Shown piece after piece: positions 14,701 through 24,414 of a stretch of 24,414 nucleotides of DNA. Made by a program: the position numbers and the translations under genes. The DNA comes from a virus. Its lineage: Duplodnaviria > Caudoviricetes. The DNA lies in IMG/VR virus record IMGVR_UViG_3300017785_002713, positions 1 to 24,414 of that record; one strand, written 5' to 3'. The notes beneath the pieces are model-generated. The model was not told where the DNA came from. It did not search any database and saw nothing but the letters and a program-made list of their open reading frames with translations. Every line of letters begins with the position of its first letter. Position 1 is the first letter of the stretch.

Positions 14701-16101
14701 ATGGCAACAAACTTTCCAACATCATTAGATTCATTATCTAACCCAATAGGAACAGACAAGGTGGCAAATGCCGACCCTTTGTTAAAACATGCTACACAAC
14801 ACTCAAACGCTAATGATGCTATAGAGGCTCTAGAGGCTAAAGTAGGTGCTAATGGTTCAGCAGTTACAACATCACATGATTATAAACTAGGTGAAGTTAC
14901 AGGTTCTGATAAAGCAGTATCAAAGACAGCTACACAAACTTTAACTAACAAGACTTTAACAAGTCCAACTATAACAAACAAGACTTCAACGGGTACTGAT
15001 AATGGGACAGAAACACTTGTTAATAAAACTTTAACAAGTCCAACACTTACAACACCAACTATAGCTTCTTTTGTAAATGCACAACATGACCATTTAGATG
15101 CAGATGATGGAGGTCAATTAACAGAAGGGGCATTAAACTTGGCTGATGTTACTACAAACGATGTTTCTATAACAAAACATGGATTTGTACCAAAAGCACC
15201 AAACAATACATCTACATATTTAAGAGGCGATGCTACATGGGCATCAATAGGTGGAACAGGTAAATTTGGAGGTACAGGTGCAGACGGAGCTTTAACTCAA
15301 TCAGTAGGAGCTTTTAATATTGATTTAGGAGGTGCTCAAGTATTTGTTAAAAATTACACATCTATTTCAATTACAGGAACTGGATATATAACTTTTACAA
15401 ATAAACATGTTAATGGAACTCAAGTAATTTTTAAATCACAAGGAAATGTAACTATAACATCATCAGCAACGAGAGCTATTGATTTAATAGGGTTAGGTGG
15501 AAATGGTGGTGCTGATAAGACTGGTGGTGGTGCACCATTTCCAATTAATAGTGTTGGTGGTTCAGGAGCAAGTGTTGCAAATGATGGAGCTGGTGGAGGT
15601 AGTAGTACTGTTATATACGGATTACCAAATCCTGGTCAAAATACTTATGGAATATTAGGTCTTATTGAAGGTGGTAAAAATAGTGGTACTGATTATACAA
15701 ATGCAAAAGGAAAAGGTATATTAAGTGGTTTTAATTGTATTGTATCAAAAGCGTTACCATTACAGTGTGGTGCAGGTGGGTCAAGTGCTTATGCAGCAGC
15801 TTCATTACAAGGTCGTGCAGGAGGTGCAGGTGGGGGTGCTTTATATATAGAATGTAATGGTGCATATTCTGTTAGTGGAACATTAGATGCTAGTGGTGTT
15901 GCAGGTACAAATGCTACAGGAGGTGATAGGTCAGGGCATGGTGGAGGAGGAGGAACAATAATTGCATTATATACAACACTTACATCAGATACAGGGACTT
16001 ATAACGTAGCAGGTGGAGCAGGAGGCACTGGTGGTGCAGCATCAGGTTCAGCAGGAGGTAACGGTTATCAATATAGAGGTCTTAACACAGAATTTCAATA
16101 A
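14701..16101 (+). CDS. Glycine-rich tail fibre / receptor-binding-like protein
   Basis: MATNFPTSLD start, TL(T/V)NKTLTSPT repeats (DNA repeat 14953-14969 = 15028-15044), YLRGDATW module, GGAGGG-rich C-terminal domain. Confidence 0.7.
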   Translation: MATNFPTSLDSLSNPIGTDKVANADPLLKHATQHSNANDAIEALEAKVGANGSAVTTSHDYKLGEVTGSDKAVSKTATQTLTNKTLTSPTITNKTSTGTDNGTETLVNKTLTSPTLTTPTIASFVNAQHDHLDADDGGQLTEGALNLADVTTNDVSITKHGFVPKAPNNTSTYLRGDATWASIGGTGKFGGTGADGALTQSVGAFNIDLGGAQVFVKNYTSISITGTGYITFTNKHVNGTQVIFKSQGNVTITSSATRAIDLIGLGGNGGADKTGGGAPFPINSVGGSGASVANDGAGGGSSTVIYGLPNPGQNTYGILGLIEGGKNSGTDYTNAKGKGILSGFNCIVSKALPLQCGAGGSSAYAAASLQGRAGGAGGGALYIECNGAYSVSGTLDASGVAGTNATGGDRSGHGGGGGTIIALYTTLTSDTGTYNVAGGAGGTGGAASGSAGGNGYQYRGLNTEFQ

Positions 16102-16107
16102 AATATA

Positions 16108-16365
16108 ATGCAACAACAAATAGACAATCTACAAAGACAAATAGACGAGTTAAAACAATCTTTGAACAACAAGGATATGTCTATGGATTTGCGAGAAACT
16201 ATGCGTAATGAGGTTGTGAAAGATGTTACAGGTGGTGTTTACGAACAAGCACCAATAAACATTGCAGCAGTACCAGTGGCTATAACAGGAGTACCAGCAT
16301 TAAATGACGGCACAATAATTATCAAATGGAGAGGTAAAGAATATAAAATACCATATTATGTATAA
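16108..16365 (+). CDS. Small tail-associated protein with N-terminal coiled coil
   Basis: MQQQIDNLQRQIDELKQSL heptads; C-terminal YKIPYY. Confidence 0.6.
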   Translation: MQQQIDNLQRQIDELKQSLNNKDMSMDLRETMRNEVVKDVTGGVYEQAPINIAAVPVAITGVPALNDGTIIIKWRGKEYKIPYYV

Positions 16366-18094
16366 ATTATTTCAAAACAATATAAAACAATTAAATGTGG
16401 GAGATGTACAAGGTACACTCTATAACTCTTTTAACTGTGATTTATCATACAACAAAGGCAAACTATCCATTGCACCAAGAACACGTATTACAACTAATAC
16501 GATTACAAACATGGGGACACCATGTGCTTATGCATTTTACAACGGATTATATTATGCAGTTATGGGTACAAGATTATTCAAAGCTAGTAACCCTCAAGGT
16601 GCGTTCGCAGAAGTTACAGCAGGGGGTGGGTCAATTTATACAGCACCAACAGATTGTGATTCAAGATACTCTGATTTAACTGTTTTCAATGGGCAACTTA
16701 TTATTTCAACACAAGGTGCAATTTATAGAATGAACACATCAGAGCAGTTTGAAAAGATAGATGGTGTTTCTCCATTAACAAACAATGTTGTTAGACCAGT
16801 AGTTGTTTATAATAATCGCCTTTATTGGACTAGATTACCTTATACAATAGTTTCATGTGATACATCTTATGCTATATCAGACACATCATCAGCTTCATAT
16901 AATATTACTATTTCTCCACTTGCTGTTATTACATTTATTAAACCTCATTCTGTAGGATTATATATTGGAACAACAAGAACAGATGCAACAGAGGGGTTTG
17001 TTATTGATTGGAATGGTGAAACTAAAAATACACCTAGAGCGGAGTACAATGTATATGCACAAGGAGCTTTATCAGCTTATGTAGATAACAGATTGTTTTA
17101 TATAATGAATAGTGATGCAATATTACTACAGTTTAACGGAGGTAAATTTGTTGAGGTTGCTCGATTACCAGTTAGACGAAATGCTTTATACAACGCCAAC
17201 GCTACAGGTTCATCAGGTAATGATAGATTTATTCACCCTAATGGTATGACATTGATTGATAATAACTTATCTCTTTTAATTAAAGCTACAAACAATGATG
17301 GAACTGCTACACAAGATGAAAACATACATTCAGGTATATGGGAGTTTTTACCAGAAACTAATAGTTTATATCATAAGTATTCAATGTCATATAATACTAT
17401 TGGAGGTACACAATATGATAATGGACAAATAATATTAAAAGGAGTAGGTGCTTTAATTAACACACCAGACTTTCTATCATATACAAATGCACAAAAGGGG
17501 AACTTTTTAGCAGGTGCATCATTTTATAGTGATGCTACAACAGTAGGGTATGGAGTTTTCACTGATAACTATTATGATGATGAACAAAAAGCAGGATTCT
17601 TTTCAACAGTACAAATAAGAGCTTCAAACTTTGAAGATATGTGGCAAAGGATAAATACATTATATACACCAAGTGATGAACTTAATTTTGTATGGAAATA
17701 TAGAACAAGAAGAACAGAACCTATTGATTTTACAATAACATGGACTTCAACAACTACATTTACAACAACACAGGTTGGAATAGTAGAGGGTGATGAAATA
17801 ACTATCATACAAGGTAAAGGAAGTGGGCGTGTAGCTCATGTAGTGGGTACTCCGACCTTCTCATCACCTAACTATACAGTTACACTTGACGAGGCAATTA
17901 TCAACGTTACAGGCACAGCTAAAGCTAGATTGCAGAAGTGGAAAAAGATTGGTATAATTAATAATATAAATAGGTTTTATCAAGAGGTGGTTATTGGTAA
18001 TCCTAGTACATTAATAGAATTAAAATGTGCAATGGTAGCAACTGGTGAAGCAACCATTGACGAATTAATACTAGATAATAAATTAAACAAATAA
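16358..18094 (+). CDS. Tail nozzle/stabilisation protein (P22 gp10 / T7 gp12-like beta-propeller), probable
   Basis: 578 aa all-beta with blade-like repeats (FYNGLYY, VFNGQLI, VYNNRLYW, VDNRLFY); synteny. Confidence 0.6.
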   Translation: MYKLFQNNIKQLNVGDVQGTLYNSFNCDLSYNKGKLSIAPRTRITTNTITNMGTPCAYAFYNGLYYAVMGTRLFKASNPQGAFAEVTAGGGSIYTAPTDCDSRYSDLTVFNGQLIISTQGAIYRMNTSEQFEKIDGVSPLTNNVVRPVVVYNNRLYWTRLPYTIVSCDTSYAISDTSSASYNITISPLAVITFIKPHSVGLYIGTTRTDATEGFVIDWNGETKNTPRAEYNVYAQGALSAYVDNRLFYIMNSDAILLQFNGGKFVEVARLPVRRNALYNANATGSSGNDRFIHPNGMTLIDNNLSLLIKATNNDGTATQDENIHSGIWEFLPETNSLYHKYSMSYNTIGGTQYDNGQIILKGVGALINTPDFLSYTNAQKGNFLAGASFYSDATTVGYGVFTDNYYDDEQKAGFFSTVQIRASNFEDMWQRINTLYTPSDELNFVWKYRTRRTEPIDFTITWTSTTTFTTTQVGIVEGDEITIIQGKGSGRVAHVVGTPTFSSPNYTVTLDEAIINVTGTAKARLQKWKKIGIINNINRFYQEVVIGNPSTLIELKCAMVATGEATIDELILDNKLNK

Positions 18095-18095
18095 A

Positions 18096-19679
18096 ATGCA
18101 ACCAACCACACAAGTAAGTCAAACAGATTATAATAAAATGGCAGATTGGGCTAAACCTAGTTATGAGGTACAACAATCTCCTAATCCGATTGCAAGTAGT
18201 GTACCTTTACAACAACCACAAGGTGCTATTCCGTCAACAGCTTTGCAACCAGTTGCAGCTATAAAGATTCCTCAAACAGCTACACCTGACACAACAAGTG
18301 CTGGTATTATTGGTGGTACACAACCAAGCGTTGATATGGCTTTACAGAATTTTGACCAAGCTAAAGGAGCAGTTGGAACTCAAGCAGAAGATTCAAGAAG
18401 TGCATTGACTAAAATGGCAGAGAATATCTTTGGACAAAAGGCAGATGCACAAGCTAATCAAGTCAATTTAGAAAATCAACTAGGACTACAAGAGCAACAA
18501 AAAGCTTTGTCTAGTATAAATACGGAGATTGCTAGTGAACAGATTGCTTTAAGAGGTGAACAAGAGAGAATAAGACAGGGATATGGTACAGAAGCGCAAA
18601 AACAAATATCAAACAATACTTTAAATGATACCTATGGTAGACGTTTAGCTGACCTTGCTATCAGACAAAGTGCAGCCAATCAAAACATTAGTGCTATACA
18701 ATCAAACGCAGAACGTCAAACTAAGCTTTTAACAGCTCCACTTGATACAAAAATACAATACCTATCAACATTTGCCAAAGACAATGTGGATTATTTGGAT
18801 AAAAAGCAAACTGAAAAACTTAACTTTATTGTTGATGATTTGAAGACACAGAAAGCTGATATACAAGCATTACAAAATGCAAAGACTCAAATGATAACAG
18901 AGATTGCAAACAATGGTGGTGGTACTAACACTGCATTAATAGCAAGAATACAAAATGCTAAAGATATGGGTGAGGTTACAACAATAGGTGCTTCATCAGG
19001 TTATATAGGTAAAGAAACAAGATTAAATAACGCACTTGATAGACAATACAAACAAGCTCAAATTGGTAAGATATATCAAGATATGGCAGAAAGTAGAGCT
19101 ACAGCAGAAGCTAAAAAAGCAGGATTAACATTAACACCAGTTTCAGCAGCAAGAATACAAACAGAGGTATCAGGTATATCTAACCTTGCACAAAGTAATG
19201 GTATTAAATCAGCTGTAGGAACAAGTATATTCTCAAGACAGGCTGATGGTTTCTTAGGAAAAACATTTAAAGCTTTGACTTTGACAGGAGTAGGTGATGC
19301 AAAAAGAAAACTTACAGGAGAAACACAAAACTTTATTGCTGGTGTTGAACAATTAAGACAACAATCAACACTTGATAAATTAACAGAAGCTAAAGCAAAC
19401 GGTGCTACGTTTGGAGCATTGTCAGACGGTGAAAGACAAACATTGGCTGCAGCTGCTACCAAACTTGGTACATGGGCTGTTAAAGATAAAAATGAGAATG
19501 TTATAGGTTATAACACAAGTGAGGCTAACTTTAAGAAAGAACTTGATACAATTAATAACTTTAAGAAACTTGACTATCTATATCGTGGAGGTAATCCACT
19601 AGATGTTGGGGTTATAAAAACACCAGACGGACAATATGCAACACAAAATTCAGATGGTACTTATTCAATATTACAATAA
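18096..19679 (+). CDS. Internal virion / DNA ejection protein, probable
   Basis: 527 aa, Q/A-rich helical coiled coil, no Cys; contains GATFGALSDGE; follows the tail genes. Confidence 0.6.
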   Translation: MQPTTQVSQTDYNKMADWAKPSYEVQQSPNPIASSVPLQQPQGAIPSTALQPVAAIKIPQTATPDTTSAGIIGGTQPSVDMALQNFDQAKGAVGTQAEDSRSALTKMAENIFGQKADAQANQVNLENQLGLQEQQKALSSINTEIASEQIALRGEQERIRQGYGTEAQKQISNNTLNDTYGRRLADLAIRQSAANQNISAIQSNAERQTKLLTAPLDTKIQYLSTFAKDNVDYLDKKQTEKLNFIVDDLKTQKADIQALQNAKTQMITEIANNGGGTNTALIARIQNAKDMGEVTTIGASSGYIGKETRLNNALDRQYKQAQIGKIYQDMAESRATAEAKKAGLTLTPVSAARIQTEVSGISNLAQSNGIKSAVGTSIFSRQADGFLGKTFKALTLTGVGDAKRKLTGETQNFIAGVEQLRQQSTLDKLTEAKANGATFGALSDGERQTLAAAATKLGTWAVKDKNENVIGYNTSEANFKKELDTINNFKKLDYLYRGGNPLDVGVIKTPDGQYATQNSDGTYSILQ

Positions 19680-19684
19680 ACAAT

Positions 19685-21649
19685 ATGAAAACATACACAA
19701 AAGAAGAATTTGAAAAACTATACGGAACTACAACTGTAAATCAGTTTAAAAGTATAAAACCATCAGGTGAACTTCCTCAACCATCACTAGGTAGTAAATT
19801 AAGTACAACTTTTTCACAAGGAAGTGAGCAGTTTACTAATACTATAAATGATAACACTAGAACACCTACAGAAAGAGGTTTTAGTGCTGTTGGGGGTTCA
19901 TTTGGTACAGCAGGAAAAGCAATAGGTAATGTTTTTGGTTCTATACCAGGTGTTCAAAGTTTAAAACCTGTAGGTGAAGCTGTAGGAAGTGCTGTAGGAG
20001 GAGTGGTAAATAAAATTGCTAGTAATCCTGTTGTAGAAGTATTTTCACAAGACTTGGCAAAAACATTACAAGCTATGTACCCAAATTTAGGTGCAGAAGC
20101 GGCTTTAAGAATTGCACAAGACACGGGTAATATTGCTATGAGTACATTAGGTTCAGAAGCAGGGGTAAAACAATTTGGTGGAGCGTTGGAACTAAGTGCT
20201 AACGTAGCTAATAAAGCTAGACAAGGTGTTACGAAAACTATTGAAGCAATACCAAATATAAAAGCTGTACCAAATGCTATGCTTGATAGAATTGCAACAG
20301 AAAATCCAGTTAAACTTGCAAAGATAAAAACAGGAGTGGCAAAGAACTTAAATGAATATGCAGATGAATTTTCACGTTCAAGAAATGCTATATCGGGAGC
20401 TACAAATAAAATAGATGGTTTTGATTATGGAACACATATTGCAGAAAGAAACCTATTACCAGATGTTACTGATAGTGGTCGTTTTGATGGTAGAAATATC
20501 ATAAAAGGATTACAAGATGAAAATAAACAACTTGGTACATTTGTGTCTTCCAAACTTGATGATTCAACTAGGGTTACAAACCTTGATGAGTTTAAAGCAG
20601 GATTAATGGAAGATATAACTAAAAGAGGTGGTATAGCTGATGCAGAAAGTATGAGAGGTTTTGTCGATAGATATGTTAATGAAATAAGAACAAGATATGG
20701 TTCTGATTTAACTGATAAGGTTTTATATGCAATAAAATCAGATGCAGATAATGGTTATAATTATATATCTTCAAATGCTGATATAAATGCAAGTAAACTT
20801 ATTGCAGACAGAGCAAGACAATCAATACGTTCAAGTGATGAAGAAATAGCAAAAGCATTAGACGCACAAACAAAAAACTATGAAGCTATAAGAATAACAC
20901 AATCACTAGAGCCTTATAAAGTAAAATCAGGTAACTTAACAACAAGATTGGCACAACTAGGGGGTTCTCTACTTGGTGCAAATGCTATAGAAGGTGGTAT
21001 TATACAAAAAACACTAGGTGCTACTATTGGAGCTTTGACAGGTCAAAAATTAGTAAAAGCATTACAACAGGCAGCGTTTATTTCACCAGCTTCAAGACGT
21101 GCTATTGAAAAAGAATTAATTAGAAAAGTAAAACCAGAAGCTGTTAAAACAATACTAAAGAAACTAGACAATGGTGTTAATTTAAGTGAAGTAGAAACAA
21201 AGGCATTAGAAAGAGCAGGTAATCAACTAAAAAACAGTTCTATTATTACAAATGACAAGATGACTGCTACTAATACTTCCATACCTAAAAGTATATCACC
21301 TATTGAAAAAAAAAGTAATCAAGCAGGTATCATAAAGATAAGTGATAATGAAAGAGATGTGATTACTAAAGATTTATTAAGTATTGATACTTTACCTGTA
21401 AAAGTTAATGGAAAATTAGAGTTTGGAAATACTGATGATTATTTTAGAATACAGCAACTACAAGATAAAGTTGATAAAAAGATACTAACAGACGCTGAAT
21501 ATATAGAAGCAAAGAACTTAATTAATAAAGTTTTAAATAGAAAATCAAATACTAAAAAGGGTGCGACAGCAATCAATCCCCTAACAGTAGGTGCAGGTGT
21601 AACAGCAATTGGGGCAGGTGCTATGTCAATTAAAAATAAGAAAAAATAA
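19685..21649 (+). CDS. Internal virion / DNA ejection protein, probable
   Basis: 654 aa helical, no Cys, with Gly/Ala-rich membrane-seeking segments and a hydrophobic C-terminal tail. Confidence 0.6.
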   Translation: MKTYTKEEFEKLYGTTTVNQFKSIKPSGELPQPSLGSKLSTTFSQGSEQFTNTINDNTRTPTERGFSAVGGSFGTAGKAIGNVFGSIPGVQSLKPVGEAVGSAVGGVVNKIASNPVVEVFSQDLAKTLQAMYPNLGAEAALRIAQDTGNIAMSTLGSEAGVKQFGGALELSANVANKARQGVTKTIEAIPNIKAVPNAMLDRIATENPVKLAKIKTGVAKNLNEYADEFSRSRNAISGATNKIDGFDYGTHIAERNLLPDVTDSGRFDGRNIIKGLQDENKQLGTFVSSKLDDSTRVTNLDEFKAGLMEDITKRGGIADAESMRGFVDRYVNEIRTRYGSDLTDKVLYAIKSDADNGYNYISSNADINASKLIADRARQSIRSSDEEIAKALDAQTKNYEAIRITQSLEPYKVKSGNLTTRLAQLGGSLLGANAIEGGIIQKTLGATIGALTGQKLVKALQQAAFISPASRRAIEKELIRKVKPEAVKTILKKLDNGVNLSEVETKALERAGNQLKNSSIITNDKMTATNTSIPKSISPIEKKSNQAGIIKISDNERDVITKDLLSIDTLPVKVNGKLEFGNTDDYFRIQQLQDKVDKKILTDAEYIEAKNLINKVLNRKSNTKKGATAINPLTVGAGVTAIGAGAMSIKNKKK

Positions 21650-22890
21650 TGCAAATAACTCCTCAACAAGAAAAGAAACTGAAAAAGATTATCGCTCTTG
21701 GAGAGCAAGGTCTTCCAGCTCTTTTGGAGTACTTGTTTGAACTTGAGGAAAAGATGGATAAAGACATTCCTACAATCAAAGGACTTATAGCTAAAGTAAA
21801 AGGTGATAAAGGTGATGAATACAAAATAACTGAAAAGGATTATAAAGAAATTGCATCTATTGTCAGAGCCTTAATAAATGATGATAAGATAGCAGATAAA
21901 GTATTATCAATGATAGATATTGATTATGATGTTATTGCTAAAAAGGCTAGTGAGTATATAACAGTACCAAAGATTGACTATGATAAAATCATATCAAGTA
22001 TTGAGGTTGAAAATGGAAAAGATGCAGATGAGGAGGTTATAAAAGACAAGGTTGTTAATACACTAGAGTCTAAACTACCACAATTTGGTGATAAGTTCCG
22101 TGATGGACTAGAGTTGTTAAATGGTGATGATAGATTGGATAAATCAGCTATAAAAGGTATTGATGACTATGAAGAAATATCAAGACTTGCAAGAGAACCT
22201 CGTGGCAGAGTTGGAGGTGTAATGGGTATTAAAGAAATAGTAGCAGGTACAAACATAACTGTTGATAATACAAATCTAGGATATCCTGTTATATCTTCAA
22301 CGGGTGGGGGTGGTGGTTCAGGTAATGTAACTAAAGTTGGTACACCTGTTAATAACCAAGTAGGTGTGTGGACAGGGGATGGAACTTTAGAGGGTGATGC
22401 AACATTAACATACGATGGTTTTAATTTAACTACACCTAGTTTAATTGCAGGAGGTTTATATTACCCAACAGGTGATGGGACACCAGCTCAAACAATAATT
22501 ACTGATGGTGGTGGTAACTTATCTTGGTATTCACAACCACTACCTTTTATTTGGTACAACAGAACAACAAGTCCACCATCAGGGATTATAAATACTGGTT
22601 TTGTAGCTAACGATACATCTATTATAACAGTAAGATTACCAACTACAGCTCCTGTAGGTAGTACAATGAGAGTTGCAGGTTCAGGTTCAGGAGGATGGCA
22701 AGTTACACAAAATGCAGGTGAACAGATTATTTGGAATAGTGGAGGTGTGGTTGGTACTAACTGTACAACTGTTGGAACAGGAGGGTATTTAGCTTCAACA
22801 GACCAATATGATGCAGTTGAATTAGTTTGTATTGTGGCAGATACCGTGTGGTCTGTAATATCATCAAAAGGTAATATATCAATAACATAA
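21649..22890 (+). CDS. Tail-fibre-like protein, paralog A (helical N-domain plus beta/Gly-rich C-domain)
   Basis: IVAGTNITVD, GTPVNNQVGVWTG, YYPTGDGTPAQTIITDGGGNLSW and ITVRLPTTAPVG fibre modules. Confidence 0.65.
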   Translation: MQITPQQEKKLKKIIALGEQGLPALLEYLFELEEKMDKDIPTIKGLIAKVKGDKGDEYKITEKDYKEIASIVRALINDDKIADKVLSMIDIDYDVIAKKASEYITVPKIDYDKIISSIEVENGKDADEEVIKDKVVNTLESKLPQFGDKFRDGLELLNGDDRLDKSAIKGIDDYEEISRLAREPRGRVGGVMGIKEIVAGTNITVDNTNLGYPVISSTGGGGGSGNVTKVGTPVNNQVGVWTGDGTLEGDATLTYDGFNLTTPSLIAGGLYYPTGDGTPAQTIITDGGGNLSWYSQPLPFIWYNRTTSPPSGIINTGFVANDTSIITVRLPTTAPVGSTMRVAGSGSGGWQVTQNAGEQIIWNSGGVVGTNCTTVGTGGYLASTDQYDAVELVCIVADTVWSVISSKGNISIT

Positions 22891-22891
22891 A

Positions 22892-23743
22892 ATGGCAACC
22901 AAAAACTCAACAAACTCTATAGCGACTTTAACAGAAATGAATTATCTTTCTGGTGTGACTTCTGCTATACAAACACAGATAAACTCTAAACAAGCTACAC
23001 TTAGTGGTACTGGTTTTGTTAAATCAACAGCTGGTACTATTTCTTATGACACCTCAACTTACTTAACTACAGCTTCTGCTTCTTCAACATATCAACCATT
23101 AGATTCAGACCTTACAGTAATAGCTTCTTTAGTTGCCACAACTGATAACTTCATTCAATCAAAAGGTAGCGCATGGTCATCAAGAACAGTTGCACAAGTA
23201 AAAACTGATTTAGGTATTAGTAATGTTGATAACACATCAGATGTAAACAAACCTATTTCAACAGCTACTCAAACAGCTTTAGATACAAAATTAGGTATAC
23301 AAATTGCTATCTTTAGAGATGAAAAAACATCAGGAACTGCAGGTGGTACATCAACAGCTGGTACAACTGCTGCACGAACATTAAACACTACACATACAAA
23401 TACAATCACAGGGTGTTCACTAGCATCTAATCAAATAACATTAACAGCTGGTACATATCGTATTAGAGCATCAGCTCCTGCATTTATTTGTGATAAACAT
23501 AAATTAAGATGGTATAATGTAACTGATGCAGCGTATAGTGTTGAGGGTACAAGTTCATATAGTGATGCAGCAACTAATGTAGTACAAACAGATGCTAATT
23601 TAGTTGGAAGATTTACTATTGCAGGTACAAAAGTATTTGAACTTAGACATTATATTCAATCAGGTAGAGCGACAAACGGATTGGGTGTAACTATAGGGCA
23701 GGGTACTGAGGTATATGCACAAGTAGAAATAATAAAAGAATAA
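22892..23743 (+). CDS. Tail fibre protein
   Basis: LSGVTSAIQTQINSKQ, YQPLDSDLT, LGISNVDNTSDVNKPISTATQTAL repeats typical of phage fibres; beta-sandwich C-terminus (ITLTAGTYRIRA). Confidence 0.7.
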   Translation: MATKNSTNSIATLTEMNYLSGVTSAIQTQINSKQATLSGTGFVKSTAGTISYDTSTYLTTASASSTYQPLDSDLTVIASLVATTDNFIQSKGSAWSSRTVAQVKTDLGISNVDNTSDVNKPISTATQTALDTKLGIQIAIFRDEKTSGTAGGTSTAGTTAARTLNTTHTNTITGCSLASNQITLTAGTYRIRASAPAFICDKHKLRWYNVTDAAYSVEGTSSYSDAATNVVQTDANLVGRFTIAGTKVFELRHYIQSGRATNGLGVTIGQGTEVYAQVEIIKE

Positions 23744-23747
23744 AATA

Positions 23748-24414
23748 ATGGAAAACATAACACCACAACAAAGAAGAAAACTAGAGAAACTGTTAAAACT
23801 TGGACAAGAGGGTTTACCAGCTCTTTTAGAGTACATATTTGAGATAGAAGAAAAACTAGATGTTGAAATGCCAGCAATAATGGAAGTTATCAATCGTATA
23901 ACAGCAGAAACAGATGACAATGCTTTACTTAGTAAAATAGAAGAAGCTGTTAAAAGATTAACGCCTGAACCTGAAGAAATAGATTATGATAAGATTGCTA
24001 AATTAGTTACAGTTAAAGACGGTAAAGATTATATCTTAACTGAAAAAGATAAAAAAGAAATAGCTAGTAAAATAACAGTTCCTAAACCACAACCTGATAA
24101 GATAATTGAAAAGACTGAAACAATAATAAAGGAGCAACCTATAGAGATAATCAAAGAAGTTGCAGTTATAACAGATGAGGAGATAACATCTCGTGGTGAA
24201 GCTATCAGAGATGGATTAGAGCTACTACAAGACGAGGAAAGACTTGATAAGAAAGCAATTAAGGGATTAGATGATTATGATGAAGTTTCAAGATTGGCTA
24301 GAACACAAAGACAAGGTGGAGGTGGTAAACAAAACCTATATCAATTAAATGATGTTAATATTCAAGCACCAGTAGCAGGTCAGGTTTTAGTTTATAATGA
24401 TGAAAATGGTTTAT
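23748..24414 (+). CDS. Tail-fibre-like protein, paralog B (truncated by the window edge)
   Basis: Manual translation MENITPQQRRKLEKLLKLGQEGLPALLEYIFEIEEKLD...RDGLELLQDEERLDKKAIKGLDDYDEVSRLAR...LNDVNIQAPVAGQVLVYN; open to the window end. Confidence 0.8.
   Translation, partial: MENITPQQRRKLEKLLKLGQEGLPALLEYIFEIEEKLDVEMPAIMEVINRITAETDDNALLSKIEEAVKRLTPEPEEIDYDKIAKLVTVKDGKDYILTEKDKKEIASKITVPKPQPDKIIEKTETIIKEQPIEIIKEVAVITDEEITSRGEAIRDGLELLQDEERLDKKAIKGLDDYDEVSRLARTQRQGGGGKQNLYQLNDVNIQAPVAGQVLVYNDENGL

Noticed and set aside
15770-22315. Further GGTGGG matches (about 15775, 15829, 16625, 22303; also 6070)
   Set aside because: Inside CDSs as Gly-Gly codons, without the TC prefix or an evident hairpin context.
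1102-23920. Opposite-strand and nested ORFs in the track (1102+, 2659+, 2997+, 4056-, 6329-, 6857-, 9405-, 11409-, 11967-, 12163-, 13425-, 13790-, 13968-, 16395+, 17572-, 19076-, 21439-, 22488-, 23656-, 23660-)
   Set aside because: They shadow well-supported genes, have unnatural composition and break the operon polarity.
14701-24414. Diversity-generating retroelement or invertible tail-fibre cassette
   Set aside because: No reverse transcriptase or invertase, no adenine-specific TR/VR pair seen, and all fibre genes are co-oriented.
1-24414. Alternative genetic code (stop-codon reassignment)
   Set aside because: Genes tile the window densely under code 11, and TGA/TAG act as stops at gene junctions (e.g. 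4909, 5343, 11067).

Overview
AT-rich (roughly 30% GC by eye) fragment of a tailed dsDNA phage with podovirus-like gene order and standard genetic code. The left arm (minus strand, ~1-3739) carries a replisome-organizer-type initiator with internal 11-bp iterons, a DnaB-like helicase, small early ORFs, an HTH protein, an ERF-family annealing protein and a probable SSB. A divergent promoter region (~3740-4070) separates it from the plus-strand arm: HNH, NinG/Rap, hypotheticals, small and large terminase, portal, scaffold, major capsid, adaptor, tail/nozzle, two probable ejection proteins and several tail-fibre-like genes, two of which are paralogous. Promoters are canonical sigma70, but starts lack Shine-Dalgarno sequences and two appear leaderless, which suggests (inference) a Patescibacteria/CPR-type host. 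The most striking unexplained signal is an RNA-level one. (Y)GGTGGG sits in small hairpins upstream of three head genes, and its exact complement CCCCACCGAGT is displayed in the loop of a long G-U-containing hairpin just after the capsid gene. Further structured elements lie upstream of the initiator and between ERF and SSB. No integrase, repressor, lysis gene, tRNA or CRISPR array was recognised. All calls come from reading motifs by eye; no searches or folding programs were run.
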